NCBI GenBank assembly: GCA_965195285.1
Contig: CBDAFS010000055.1
Coordinates: forward strand, 32,001 to 96,000
Length of the DNA: 64,000 nt
Direction of reading: 5' to 3'
From: an uncultured Aminicenantes bacterium
Lineage (GTDB): Bacteria > Acidobacteriota > Aminicenantia > UBA2199
Under the pieces are notes generated by a model. It saw nothing but the letters and a program-made list of their open reading frames with translations. It had not been told where the DNA came from and did not search any database. Both the position numbers and the translations under genes were made by a program. This document shows, piece after piece, positions 8,340 to 18,670 of the stretch. Positions within the stretch are counted from its first letter, which is position 1. Each line of letters opens with the position of its first letter.

Positions 8340-11018
8340 CTAAATTGCTTTCATCTCTCCCCAGTTTTTGCCTTTTTTAAAAGTAACCGTTAAAGGTACT
8401 TTCAATTTTACCGCGTTTTCCATTTTATCTTTGACCAAGGCGCATAATTTGGTTTCTTCATTCTCCGGGTATTCAAACACCAGTTCATCATGAACCTGGA
8501 GAATCAAACGGCTTTTCATTTCCAGCAGTGGTTGGAAAATATTTACCATGGCAATTTTAATGATATCCGCGGCACTTCCCTGGATAATGGTATTGATGGC
8601 CATGCGTTTTCCGTTTTCCATTACCGTCCGGTTGGAACTCAGGATTTCCGGGATATCCCGAATCCGACCGGCTAAGGTTTTGACCTCGGGATTCTGTTCG
8701 GCATCCGCAATCACCTGCTCGATGAATGCCTTCACTCCGCTGAATTTTTCATAATATCGGTCAATGAAATCCCGGGCTTCCTTGAAGCTGACCTCTAATT
8801 CCTTGGAAAGCGAATATGGGCCGCTGCCATAGAGAACCGAAAAATTGATAATTTTGGCCCGTCTTCGTTTCTCCTCTGGGCTGAGAGAATCGTCATCCCC
8901 AAAGACATTATCAGCGGTATGCTGGTGGATATCTTGATCCTGCCTGAAAGCCTCCATCAATTGCTGATCTTCAGAATAATGGGCCATCACCCTCAATTCG
9001 ATCTGTGAATAATCGGCTGACAACAAATACTGGTTTTTGGCTTCGGCCACAAAAGCACTGCGGATATTAATTCCGGCCAGTTCCCCGACCGGTATATTCT
9101 GCAGGTTTGGTTTTGAAGAGGACAACCGGCCGGTGGCGGTGACAGTCTGGTTAAAAGAGGTATGGACCCTCTGATGCCGGTCACATTTTTTATTTAAACC
9201 GGTCAGGTAGGTGGATAGCATCTTTTTATAGGTCCGGTAGTCGATAATTTTTTCAACAACGGGAAACCCCTTCAATTCAGTCAAAACCTCAATATCGGTG
9301 GAGTATGACTTGGTTTTGCGGGTTTTCTTGGAAACCGGCAGGTTCATCTTTTCAAAAAGAAGTTCACCCAGCTGCTGGGAGGAATTGAGATTCAATCGAT
9401 AACCGGCCAGGCCATAGATTTCCTGCTCGGTTTCCTCTATCCGGGTTTCCAGTTTCCGGGAAGCTCTCTTTAAAAAATCCATATCGATTTTGACACCGGC
9501 AAACTCCATCTCCAGCAGAACCCGGATCAGGGGGATTTCAATCTTTCGATACAAATCTTTCAACTGTTTTTGGGCTATTTTTTCATCCAGGACCTTCCCT
9601 AACTGTAGGGATAGATACGAATCGTCGATACAGTATTGGCTGATCACCTTCAGGGGAACCGCTTCCAGTTCGATCTTCTGTTTCCCCTTACCGGTCAAAT
9701 CCGCATACTCCAGTTGTTTGACCTGAAGTAATTCCAGGGTCAGATCCTTGAGGCTGTGAGTCCGCTGGTTAGGGAAGAGCAAGTAAGCCATCAGCATCGA
9801 ATCATCATGCACACCATTTACTTCCATACCCTGTTGTTTCAGATGCAAAATATCAAATTTCAGGTTATGGCCGGTTTTCTTAATCTCCTGACTTTCAAAA
9901 ACATCCTTCAGTTCCGTTTTAAAATCCGAGAAATCGAATTCAACCCCCGGATCCGGCTCAGACGGATACCTAAAGGGCAGGTAGAAACCGCGGTCTTCAA
10001 ATGAAACGGAGAGACCGACAATCTCTGAATCAAAAAATTCAATGCCAGTGGTCTCTATATCAAAGGCAAATTTTTTTTCTTTTAGAATTTCGGATCTCAA
10101 CGCTTTCAATTGATCGCGGGATCTAACCAGGTTATATTGGATTTTGAGATCGGTCCTGGAGTTTTGCCCTTGGTTTTCCAATCCCTTGATCAAACTGTTG
10201 AAGGATAATCTCTGGAAAAAGGATATCAATTTGGCATCTGTCCGGGGCTCAAATCTCTTGATGGAAATTTCAGCAGACAGATCTGGAATATCCGAAAGAT
10301 CCACAAGCTGCCTGGAAGTCCGGAGCAGCTCCAGTCCTGACCGTATCTTTTCCTTTGTTTTCCCTTCCAAATTATCGATATTGTTCATGATTTGTTCAAG
10401 AGAACCATAGGTTTCAATCAACTTTTTTGCGGTTATTTCACCGATCCCGGGAACACCGGGAATATTATCCGCGCTATCACCGGCCAGAGACAGGTAATCG
10501 ACGATTTGATCCGGTAATACCCCGAAGATTTCCTTGATGCTTTCGGCATCCAACCTCTTTTTTAATCTGGGATGATAAATATAAACATTGTCTCCCACCA
10601 GTTGGAACAGGTCTTTATCCGCGGAAAAAATCAAAACCTGATGATGTTTTAATTGCTTGGATCGTGACAGGGCCGCAATGACATCATCGGCCTCAAATCC
10701 GGGTATTGCTGCAGATTCAATACCTCTCAGTTCTAAAAATTCCTGGATCTGAGGTATTTGATACAGCAACTCCTCGGGGGTCGCCAGTCTCTTGGCCTTG
10801 TATTCGGAGTAAATGTGGTGGCGAAAGGTTTTCTCTTTACTTTCAAATGCAACCAGAATACCCCGGGGATTGAAGGTTCTGATCAAATGTTCTACCCGGG
10901 TGACAAATCCGAAAACAGCTCCGGTGGGCTCGCCCTTCAGGGTTCTCATATTCCGGTTGGCATAGAAAGAACTGAAGATTAAATACATGCCATCAATCAG
11001 GAGGGTTATATCGGACAT
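8340..11018 (-). CDS. polA: DNA polymerase I
   Basis: 5' nuclease (LIDG, EADD, GDSADNIPGVPGIG), exonuclease DIET, polymerase motifs ADYSQIELR, RRAKIINF, QVHDEL. Confidence 0.98.
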   Translation of the reverse strand: MSDITLLIDGMYLIFSSFYANRNMRTLKGEPTGAVFGFVTRVEHLIRTFNPRGILVAFESKEKTFRHHIYSEYKAKRLATPEELLYQIPQIQEFLELRGIESAAIPGFEADDVIAALSRSKQLKHHQVLIFSADKDLFQLVGDNVYIYHPRLKKRLDAESIKEIFGVLPDQIVDYLSLAGDSADNIPGVPGIGEITAKKLIETYGSLEQIMNNIDNLEGKTKEKIRSGLELLRTSRQLVDLSDIPDLSAEISIKRFEPRTDAKLISFFQRLSFNSLIKGLENQGQNSRTDLKIQYNLVRSRDQLKALRSEILKEKKFAFDIETTGIEFFDSEIVGLSVSFEDRGFYLPFRYPSEPDPGVEFDFSDFKTELKDVFESQEIKKTGHNLKFDILHLKQQGMEVNGVHDDSMLMAYLLFPNQRTHSLKDLTLELLQVKQLEYADLTGKGKQKIELEAVPLKVISQYCIDDSYLSLQLGKVLDEKIAQKQLKDLYRKIEIPLIRVLLEMEFAGVKIDMDFLKRASRKLETRIEETEQEIYGLAGYRLNLNSSQQLGELLFEKMNLPVSKKTRKTKSYSTDIEVLTELKGFPVVEKIIDYRTYKKMLSTYLTGLNKKCDRHQRVHTSFNQTVTATGRLSSSKPNLQNIPVGELAGINIRSAFVAEAKNQYLLSADYSQIELRVMAHYSEDQQLMEAFRQDQDIHQHTADNVFGDDDSLSPEEKRRRAKIINFSVLYGSGPYSLSKELEVSFKEARDFIDRYYEKFSGVKAFIEQVIADAEQNPEVKTLAGRIRDIPEILSSNRTVMENGKRMAINTIIQGSAADIIKIAMVNIFQPLLEMKSRLILQVHDELVFEYPENEETKLCALVKDKMENAVKLKVPLTVTFKKGKNWGEMKAI

Positions 11019-11047
11019 TGAAACTATCTCATAAAAAATTATTGATC

Positions 11048-11380
11048 CTAGGGTTCCGGATCGCTCAGGTATTCGATAACCATCTCGTTGAGCCCCTGGT
11101 CATCGATTACCTGGGGATCCATGGATAATAAATGCAGAAATTTTCCTTCCTTCAATTCCGCTATGACCTGATCATGCTGGTTTTTCATCATGGTCTTGAT
11201 CTTCTTTTTGGGATCCGGCTTTCCCAGTAAGTGGGCATAGGAGATCCTTCTGGACAGCAGTATTTCGCCTTTGTGGTAAACAAGGGTTTCAATGGTAGGA
11301 TTGGACTTACCTTTGTCTTCGGTCTGAATATGAAACACTTCATCCCGGTATTTGATATCGGTATTGAATCCAATATTCAT
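11048..11380 (-). CDS. Conserved hypothetical protein
   Basis: 110 aa GFNTDIKY..FHIQTED..NPTIET; promoter TTGACA-17-TATCAT 6 nt upstream; upstream of polA on the same strand. Confidence 0.75.
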   Translation of the reverse strand: MNIGFNTDIKYRDEVFHIQTEDKGKSNPTIETLVYHKGEILLSRRISYAHLLGKPDPKKKIKTMMKNQHDQVIAELKEGKFLHLLSMDPQVIDDQGLNEMVIEYLSDPEP

Positions 11381-11439
11381 ACGAATATGATAATAAAAGT
11401 CACATTTAATGTCAAGTAGAGAAGGTGGAGCCGGTTTGA

Positions 11440-12180
11440 TTAAAAATCAACCAGTCGGGATATTTCGATGTCCGGCCTGCGGATAAAAAATCCCTGGGCC
11501 AGCTTACAGCCAATATGCTTGCAGATGATGAACTCCATTTCACTCTCCACCCCTTCGGCCACAACTTTGGTTCCCAGCACTTCAGCCATCTTGATGATTT
11601 TAATCAAAAATATTCTTTTATTAAAATTTTTTTCAATATCCGAAACAAAGAACCGGTCAATTTTGATAAATTCGGGCTTCAGATAATAGAGAAGTTTCAG
11701 GTCGGAAAAACCGGTTCCGAAATCATCGATGGCAATTTCGAACAATTCCCGGTTCTTCATACAGTATTCATCAATTTTTTTGCCAAAAACATCAAAAAAT
11801 TCAGTCACTTCAAAACAGACCATGGGGGGAGTGAGATTGTATTTTTGGTATAGAGTCTGCAGGGTTTTCACCAGTGAACTCATATCACTCAAGAGCCGAC
11901 TGTCCAGGTTGAAAAAAAGCTTGATCCTGTTATCCTGTTTCAAATTCATCAAATCCAAAAATTTTACGATCGCCTTTTCAATCAGTAATGAGTTCACCCA
12001 CTGGAGTTGATCGGCGCCATAGGATGCATTCATAAAGGCCTGGATGGAATCAAATCCGGCCTGCTCGTAATTCCTCAGCAGGGCCTCATAGCCATAACAC
12101 GACTTGGATTCACAATTCACAATCGGTTGAAAGGCATAATCAAGGATGTCGATAGCGGTTTGCCAGTCATTTTTTTCCAT
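11440..12180 (-). CDS. Stand-alone EAL-domain c-di-GMP phosphodiesterase
   Basis: FQPI, EALLR, FEVTE, IDDFGTG, IKIDR, VAEGVE, QGF. Confidence 0.88.
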   Translation of the reverse strand: MEKNDWQTAIDILDYAFQPIVNCESKSCYGYEALLRNYEQAGFDSIQAFMNASYGADQLQWVNSLLIEKAIVKFLDLMNLKQDNRIKLFFNLDSRLLSDMSSLVKTLQTLYQKYNLTPPMVCFEVTEFFDVFGKKIDEYCMKNRELFEIAIDDFGTGFSDLKLLYYLKPEFIKIDRFFVSDIEKNFNKRIFLIKIIKMAEVLGTKVVAEGVESEMEFIICKHIGCKLAQGFFIRRPDIEISRLVDF

Positions 12181-12324
12181 GCTTACCGGTTCCTTATGTC
12201 ATTGATTTCTTATCGGCCAGGTAATAATAATGTTCAAACTGAATACAATAAATGGTTGTCAAGTCATATTATAATGAATTTAATGATGAAAAATCAATAT
12301 CCAGGTAATAAAAATAAAAAAACG

Positions 12325-14043
12325 TCATATTTCGGTCTGGGTCTTCAATTCCCTTCGGTAATGATCCAGCAGACTGGATTTGGAAATCAAACCCTGGAAA
12401 CGATCGTTCTCCACCACAGGCAAACTCCAGGCCCCGGTGGTTTCAAATTTATGAAGAATATCGATAACACTGTCTTTCAGTGATACAGTGGCCAAATCGG
12501 TTTGCATGACCTCTTCAAGGATGATTGAATTGACCAGGTCCGGATCAAACAGAAACCCTTTGATATCGTTGAAAAAAACCATTCCCAGGTAATGACCGGA
12601 ATCCCGGTCCTGCACCGGAAAATAATTACGGGATGACTTTTTGATCAACGGGATCAGGTCAGCCAGAATCATATCAGGATAGACAGAGAACAGGTTCTGC
12701 TCCAGCAATTCCTCCGGGCGTATTTCCGCCAGTATGCGCCCATCGGTCCTGGGCCGGAGCAGGTATCCCCGTTTAACCAATTCATGATGATAGATAGAGT
12801 GTTTTTCAATCAGCTTGACCAGCATGGGGGTTAAAAATGAAACCAGTAGCAGGGGAAGTATGGCATCATATCCGCCGGTAATTTCAATAATCAAAAAAAT
12901 GCCGGACAGTGGGGCCTGCATGGTTCCGCTAATCATTCCGGCCATGCCCACCAGGGCAAAAAGACTGGCGCCGCTGAACTGAAGATTGGGAAAAACAGTA
13001 TTCAATCCCTGGAAATAAAACCAGCCTCCCAGACTACCAATGACCAGGGAGGGAGCAAATACCCCGCCGGCACCACCGGCACCCAGGGTAAATGATGTGG
13101 CCATCATTTTCATGAAGATCAGTCCCAATACCATTATCATATCCATAGAAAAGCGGTCACCAATCAGAGATCTGACCACCTCGTATCCTTCACCCCTTAC
13201 CTGGGGGAAAATAATGGTGATGATTCCCACCACCACCCCACCGATTATGGCTTTCAACAATAAACTCTTGAACCATGAATCCAGAATGTTGGAAACAACC
13301 TTTAACAAGCGAATAAACAGCAGGGTGAATACCGCTATAGCAATTGCCAATCCGAAACAGGCCAGCAAATCATAAATGGATACATCGAAGGTCCGGTGAG
13401 CAAAGAAAATCTGATTCCCACTCAACAGCCTGCTGACAATGGTACCGGTTATCGAAGAGATGGCCACCGGAAACATCATGGTGGTAGACCACTCCCCCAG
13501 AATGACCTCCATGGTAAATATAATCCCGGTAATGGGAGCATTGAAAATACTGGCAATAGCAGCAGCTGCTCCGGAACCGGCCACCGCAATTCTCATCATC
13601 TCATTCGATTTGAAATACCCGGCAATATTGCTACCGATAGCCGCTCCGCTAATAATCACCGGAGCCTCTGGCCCGGCGGACCCCCCACTGGAAATGGTAA
13701 TTAAACTACCGATCAGTTTTGAAAATGAACTGCGGAATTTCAGGGCACCACCCCGGATACTGATGCTGTATATGACTTCAGGTACTCCGTGGGCATCAAA
13801 ATCCCTGATCATATACTTCATGATGATCACTGTGAGCAACAGGCCGGCTACTGGAAAAGCAACCAAATAAAAATGCCGATGAAATTGATCCAGATACCCG
13901 GAGAATAATTGCAATCCCTTGTTTAAACCGACCGCTGCCAGACCGCTGCATAAGCCCACGATAATCCCGATGACCAGAAGTTGAATCCGGCTGTCGAGAT
14001 TCATAAAAACGGAACGGAATCGATTCGGTTTCATAGACTTCAA
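12325..14043 (-). CDS. CLC chloride channel/transporter with CBS domains
   Basis: HGVPE, GSAGPEAP, FNAP, GGVFAP; C-terminal CBS pair. Confidence 0.9.
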   Translation of the reverse strand: MKSMKPNRFRSVFMNLDSRIQLLVIGIIVGLCSGLAAVGLNKGLQLFSGYLDQFHRHFYLVAFPVAGLLLTVIIMKYMIRDFDAHGVPEVIYSISIRGGALKFRSSFSKLIGSLITISSGGSAGPEAPVIISGAAIGSNIAGYFKSNEMMRIAVAGSGAAAAIASIFNAPITGIIFTMEVILGEWSTTMMFPVAISSITGTIVSRLLSGNQIFFAHRTFDVSIYDLLACFGLAIAIAVFTLLFIRLLKVVSNILDSWFKSLLLKAIIGGVVVGIITIIFPQVRGEGYEVVRSLIGDRFSMDMIMVLGLIFMKMMATSFTLGAGGAGGVFAPSLVIGSLGGWFYFQGLNTVFPNLQFSGASLFALVGMAGMISGTMQAPLSGIFLIIEITGGYDAILPLLLVSFLTPMLVKLIEKHSIYHHELVKRGYLLRPRTDGRILAEIRPEELLEQNLFSVYPDMILADLIPLIKKSSRNYFPVQDRDSGHYLGMVFFNDIKGFLFDPDLVNSIILEEVMQTDLATVSLKDSVIDILHKFETTGAWSLPVVENDRFQGLISKSSLLDHYRRELKTQTEI

Positions 14044-14732
14044 TCCCGGTTAAAATTCGTCTCAATTCGAGCGATTTCCCGCAGCAATAATTCCCGGCTG
14101 ACCCGGTTTCTGATCAGAGTCAAGAATTGTTTATCCCTCAAACAGAAACTCAGGGTTGCTAACAGTTTCAAATGTATTTGGGTCGAGGGATTGAACAGCA
14201 TGAACAAAACCAAAACCGGCTGTTTATCCACGGCATTGAATTCAATCTTGTTTTTTAAGAAAAACACAGGTATGGCCGGAGATATCAGCAGGCAATCCAG
14301 GGGTCGCCTCGGATGGGGAATGGCGATCCCATTGCCAATACCCGTGGAGGCGATTTCTTCACGGTTAAGCAACTCATTCAGAACCCGCTCTCTATCCTCA
14401 GGACGGATCACACTTGTATTTTCAACCGCATTTTTTAAAACCGAATAAATATCATTTCCATCCAGGTTGTAAAAAACCCCGCCACTCTCAATGGCCGTGA
14501 CCAGGCTGATCAGGGGTTTTTCATTTTCGGACAGGTTCGTGTGTGAAACCTTGTTGATATAAAAATGATGAGCCCTGGCCCAGGATATTATTTTGGCCTG
14601 GTTAAAGACATAGGCATTGTTTTTCATTTTGCATGGAATTTTTCCCTGATGAACCCATCGGGAAACAGTGACCAGAGGAACACCCAATAAGCAGGCAACT
14701 TCCTGGCTACTCAGATACGTTGTTCTTTTCAT
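14040..14732 (-). CDS. PTS EIIA (Fru/Ntr type) with N-terminal excisionase-like HTH
   Basis: N-terminal EVACLL..TVSRW..GKIP; RE..ASTGIGNGIAIPHPR with phospho-His; 4-nt overlap with the CLC gene. Confidence 0.88.
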   Translation of the reverse strand: MKRTTYLSSQEVACLLGVPLVTVSRWVHQGKIPCKMKNNAYVFNQAKIISWARAHHFYINKVSHTNLSENEKPLISLVTAIESGGVFYNLDGNDIYSVLKNAVENTSVIRPEDRERVLNELLNREEIASTGIGNGIAIPHPRRPLDCLLISPAIPVFFLKNKIEFNAVDKQPVLVLFMLFNPSTQIHLKLLATLSFCLRDKQFLTLIRNRVSRELLLREIARIETNFNRD

Positions 14733-14830
14733 ATTAATTCGATTCAGTTTATCAAAAATTCAGGTCGGGTTCAAGCCGAAAATTTGACTTCGACCTAAAA
14801 ATAAATTATAAAAAGACCTTACAGTCAAAA

Positions 14831-16852
14831 ATGAAGAAATTGATCCTGAAGCTTCCCAACCTTATTAACAAAATTAAAACCTCCGATCATGCCTTCATGA
14901 TCATCATCCCCATCATCATCGGATTGATGGGGGGGTTCGGAGCCGTCTTGCTACGCTTCCTGATTCATCTGTTTCAGGATATTTTCTGGGGAGCCTGGGG
15001 AAACAGCCTGGCCTGGTTCAGAACCCTGCTGGTACCGGCCGGAGGCGCCTTTCTGGTCGGGTTGATAATTTATTTTTTTTCAAAAGAGGCTAAAGGGCAC
15101 GGGGTTCCGGAAGTCATGGAAGCCATTTCATTGCGTAATGGAATTATCCGGCCCCGGGTGGTCCTAGGCAAAGTCGTGGCCTCGGCCATCACCATTGCCT
15201 CGGGAGGATCGGTTGGCCGGGAGGGGCCGATTGTTCAGATCGGAGCTTCGATCGGTTCTACCATCGGCCAGATATTCAAGCTGTCCCGGAAACGGATGGA
15301 AACCCTGGTCGGATGCGGTGCGGCTGCTGGTATTGCCGCCGCTTTTAATGCCCCCATTGCGGGAGCCATGTTTTCCGTGGAAATCCTATTGGGTGACTTC
15401 ACGGTCAGCCAGTTTACCCCGATCGTTATTGCTTCGGTTTCAGCAACCGTGGTCAGTCGGATTTTCTTTGGCAACTATCCCGCCTTCACCGTACCGGAGT
15501 ATGAATTGATTCACCCCCTGGAACTGGTACCCTATGCACTCCTGGGAGTGTTAGCTGGATTTGTGGCCATATTGTTTGTCAAGGTCCTATACCTGATGGA
15601 AGATCGATTCGATTCCCTGAAAATTCCTGATTTTTATAAAACCACGATTGGCGGTTTGATAATTGGAGCCATCGGTATTTTTTTCCCTCAGATTTTCGGT
15701 GTTGGCTATGAATCCATGGATCAGGCATTGTTAGGGAAAATGGGGATGTGGCTGCTTCTGGCCCTAGTCTTTTTAAAAATCATTGCCAGTTCAATCACCC
15801 TGGGATCAGGCAGTTCCGGAGGGATATTTGCACCGTCCCTTTTTATAGGCGCCATGACCGGGGGATTCTTCGGTAATATTCTCCACAATATATTTCCCCG
15901 GATCACAGCCGGGCCAGGCGCTTACTCACTGGTGGCCATGGGTGCAGTGGTGGGAGCGGCTACCCAAGCCCCCATAACCGCCATACTCATCATGTTTGAA
16001 ATGACCGGTGATTATAAAATCATCCTGCCATTGATGATTGCCACCACCATCAGCAGTTTTATGACCTCCAAACTGCAAAGGGGATCGATCTATACCATTA
16101 AACTACAAAAAAGAGGGATCAATATCCATCAGGGGAAAGAAATCAATATCCTAAAATCCATGCAGGTCAAAGATCACATGCGACCCAGTATTGAAATCAT
16201 TTCCCCGGAGACCAAAGTGGGCAAAGTCATTGAAAAGTTTATTCGCTCTGATCATTCATTCTGCTATATCCGGGACCGTTCCGGACAGATAACCGAAAAA
16301 ATATCCCAGACCGAATTGAGTGCCATGGCACCGGATTATGAAAACCTCAAGGATCTGATCGTTGCCCATGACATATCCACCCCCAGTCTGCTGGTGGTCA
16401 ATGAAAATGACCACCTGGATTCTGTGATGAAAGAATTCAGCAAGGAAAATATCGGAGAAATTCCGGTGATTTCCAGCCGAAATCCGGCTGAAATTCTGGG
16501 AACCATCTGGAGAATTGATGTGATCGCCGCCTATAACAAGGAGATACTGAAACGGGATCTGGCCGGGGAAATGTCCCACCTGGTAACCGCTTCCATGCAA
16601 AGTCAGCTGGTAGAGATAACCGACGGGCTGTATCTTCTGGAAATCGAAACCCCGCGCTTTTTTATCGGGAAAAAGATCAGGGAAATCGATGTCCGGAATA
16701 AATACGGGGTGGATATCGTACTGGTTAAGAAAAGAAAACCCGGCCAAAAACTTCTCACCAAAATACCCGGATCCGGCTATACCTTCCAACCCGATGACAA
16801 TTTGCTCATCCTGGGTGAAAGAAAAAAAGTTGAATTTCTGAGCAAGCTGTAA
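14831..16852 (+). CDS. CLC chloride channel/transporter with CBS and TrkA-C domains
   Basis: GHGVPE, GREGP, GGIFAP; CBS region; C-terminal RCK-C-like domain (IGKKIREIDVRNKYGV). Confidence 0.92.
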   Translation: MKKLILKLPNLINKIKTSDHAFMIIIPIIIGLMGGFGAVLLRFLIHLFQDIFWGAWGNSLAWFRTLLVPAGGAFLVGLIIYFFSKEAKGHGVPEVMEAISLRNGIIRPRVVLGKVVASAITIASGGSVGREGPIVQIGASIGSTIGQIFKLSRKRMETLVGCGAAAGIAAAFNAPIAGAMFSVEILLGDFTVSQFTPIVIASVSATVVSRIFFGNYPAFTVPEYELIHPLELVPYALLGVLAGFVAILFVKVLYLMEDRFDSLKIPDFYKTTIGGLIIGAIGIFFPQIFGVGYESMDQALLGKMGMWLLLALVFLKIIASSITLGSGSSGGIFAPSLFIGAMTGGFFGNILHNIFPRITAGPGAYSLVAMGAVVGAATQAPITAILIMFEMTGDYKIILPLMIATTISSFMTSKLQRGSIYTIKLQKRGINIHQGKEINILKSMQVKDHMRPSIEIISPETKVGKVIEKFIRSDHSFCYIRDRSGQITEKISQTELSAMAPDYENLKDLIVAHDISTPSLLVVNENDHLDSVMKEFSKENIGEIPVISSRNPAEILGTIWRIDVIAAYNKEILKRDLAGEMSHLVTASMQSQLVEITDGLYLLEIETPRFFIGKKIREIDVRNKYGVDIVLVKKRKPGQKLLTKIPGSGYTFQPDDNLLILGERKKVEFLSKL

Positions 16853-16863
16853 AGGTCAAAAGC

Positions 16864-17511
16864 TTAATTTCCAAGCTTTCTAACGATCTCTTCAAAAACG
16901 GTCCGGCTCTGAAGGGCTTTAACCGTGAACAGATTTCCCTCTTTCCGGTAAAATTCGATCAGGGGTGCGGTTTTTTCATTGTAGGTTTTCAAACGGTTGG
17001 AAATGGCGGTTTCAGTCTCATCTTCCCTCTGAATAATCTCACTTCCGCAGATATCACAGATCCCTTCATGTTTGGAGGGCATGGAAATCACATTGTAGAT
17101 GGCCTGGCAATCCGGATTCGAGCAGGTCCTCCGACTGGTAAGCCGTTTCATGATTTCCTCCCGGGGGACATCCAGGCTCACCACCATATCCAGGTGAATA
17201 TTCAATTTTAACAGTAAATCTTTGAGTTCCCGGGCCTGGGGAATGGTTCGGGGAAAACCATCTAATACAAAACCCTTCTGGCAATCCGGTTGCTGCAGTC
17301 TCTCTTCCATGATTCCCATGATAATGGAATCGGGAACCAGATCACCCCGCTTCATGTATTCCCCGGCTTTTATGCCGATATCGGTCCCCTGTTTTACCGC
17401 ACTTCTGAGAATATCTCCGGTGGAGATCTGGGGGATCGAAAATTCCTTAACCAGCAGGTTGGCGATGGTTCCTTTCCCGGCACCGGGAGCACCCAGTAAA
17501 ATTAATCGCAT
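16864..17511 (-). CDS. adk: Adenylate kinase
   Basis: GAPGAGKGT, STGDILR, LDGFPRT, Zn-lid cysteines. Confidence 0.97.
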   Translation of the reverse strand: MRLILLGAPGAGKGTIANLLVKEFSIPQISTGDILRSAVKQGTDIGIKAGEYMKRGDLVPDSIIMGIMEERLQQPDCQKGFVLDGFPRTIPQARELKDLLLKLNIHLDMVVSLDVPREEIMKRLTSRRTCSNPDCQAIYNVISMPSKHEGICDICGSEIIQREDETETAISNRLKTYNEKTAPLIEFYRKEGNLFTVKALQSRTVFEEIVRKLGN

Positions 17512-17636
17512 CTTTTTTCTCCTTCAGTCTTCTAAATCCATCCACTTCAATCAACGGTTTTAGGATAAGAGTGTAGCCGAGAATCACCAATAATGCAACC
17601 GTTTAAATAGAAAAACCGATCTGAATCCATGATCGG

Positions 17637-18665
17637 TCAAACAATGACACCGGCTGCCACTATTATATCCTCCTGATAAAACACACAGATCTGACCGGGA
17701 GTAACCGCCCGGACCGGACAGGCAAACTTTCCCCGGATATAATCTTGATCGGTTTCAAGGATTTCAATCTCATGCAACTGGCTCATATAACGTATTTTGG
17801 CCCGGAGCACCTCTCCCGGACGAAGGGGTCGCCAGTAAACCGGAAGCCTTACCCGGATTTCATCACAGAATAGATCTTTGTCTTCACCTAAAATAATGGT
17901 ATTGTTTTTCACATCCTTGCCAATGACATACAATTTCCGGTCGGAAGAAAATCGGGTCCCCCGGCGTTGGCCAATAGTAAAATGCATGATTCCATCATGG
18001 CTGCCAATCCGCTTGCCCTGCACATCAACGATATCACCCTTCCGAATCATCCCGGGAATTCCCCGTTTGAGATATTCGTTCAATGACTGGCCGCTCAAAA
18101 AACAGACATCCTGGCTCTCTTTTTGATGGGCCAGGGGCAGGTCCCGGACCATATCCCTGACTTGGTCCAGACTTCGGGTGGCCAGGGGAAAAATCGTTTT
18201 TCTCAATTTTTCGGCGCCGATCATGGAAAGAAAGTAAATCTGAGACTTATCCCGATCCTGCGGCTCCCTCAGGAACATATCCCCTGCCCTATTTATCCGG
18301 TCCGCATAATGCCCGGTGGCAAACATATCCGCCTGAAATTTGGCAAAGGCCAGATCCCACAACCAGCCGAATTTCATGCTTACATTGCAGGTCACACAGG
18401 GATTGGGAGTCAATCCGGACTGATAGGCATTTAAAAATTCATTGATAACCTTGACCTTGAATAATGACCGGGCATCCATCAGGCTGAGGGGAATATCGAT
18501 CACCGAAGCCAGTTTTTTGATGTTTTTAATTTTATCTGCCTCTCCGGCAGTTCCCATCACCATGGTTATCAGCTGTACCCGGTACTTTGCTTTTTTCAAG
18601 ACCAAGGCTGCTGCCGTTGAATCCTTTCCCCCGCTGAAGGCCACCACCACTTTTTTTGCTGTCAT
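17637..18665 (-). CDS. mnmA: tRNA 2-thiouridylase
   Basis: SGGKDS, TPNPCVTCN, ATGHY, ESQDVCF, TIGQRRG, VTPGQ. Confidence 0.92.
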   Translation of the reverse strand: MTAKKVVVAFSGGKDSTAAALVLKKAKYRVQLITMVMGTAGEADKIKNIKKLASVIDIPLSLMDARSLFKVKVINEFLNAYQSGLTPNPCVTCNVSMKFGWLWDLAFAKFQADMFATGHYADRINRAGDMFLREPQDRDKSQIYFLSMIGAEKLRKTIFPLATRSLDQVRDMVRDLPLAHQKESQDVCFLSGQSLNEYLKRGIPGMIRKGDIVDVQGKRIGSHDGIMHFTIGQRRGTRFSSDRKLYVIGKDVKNNTIILGEDKDLFCDEIRVRLPVYWRPLRPGEVLRAKIRYMSQLHEIEILETDQDYIRGKFACPVRAVTPGQICVFYQEDIIVAAGVIV

Positions 18666-18670
18666 TTCCC

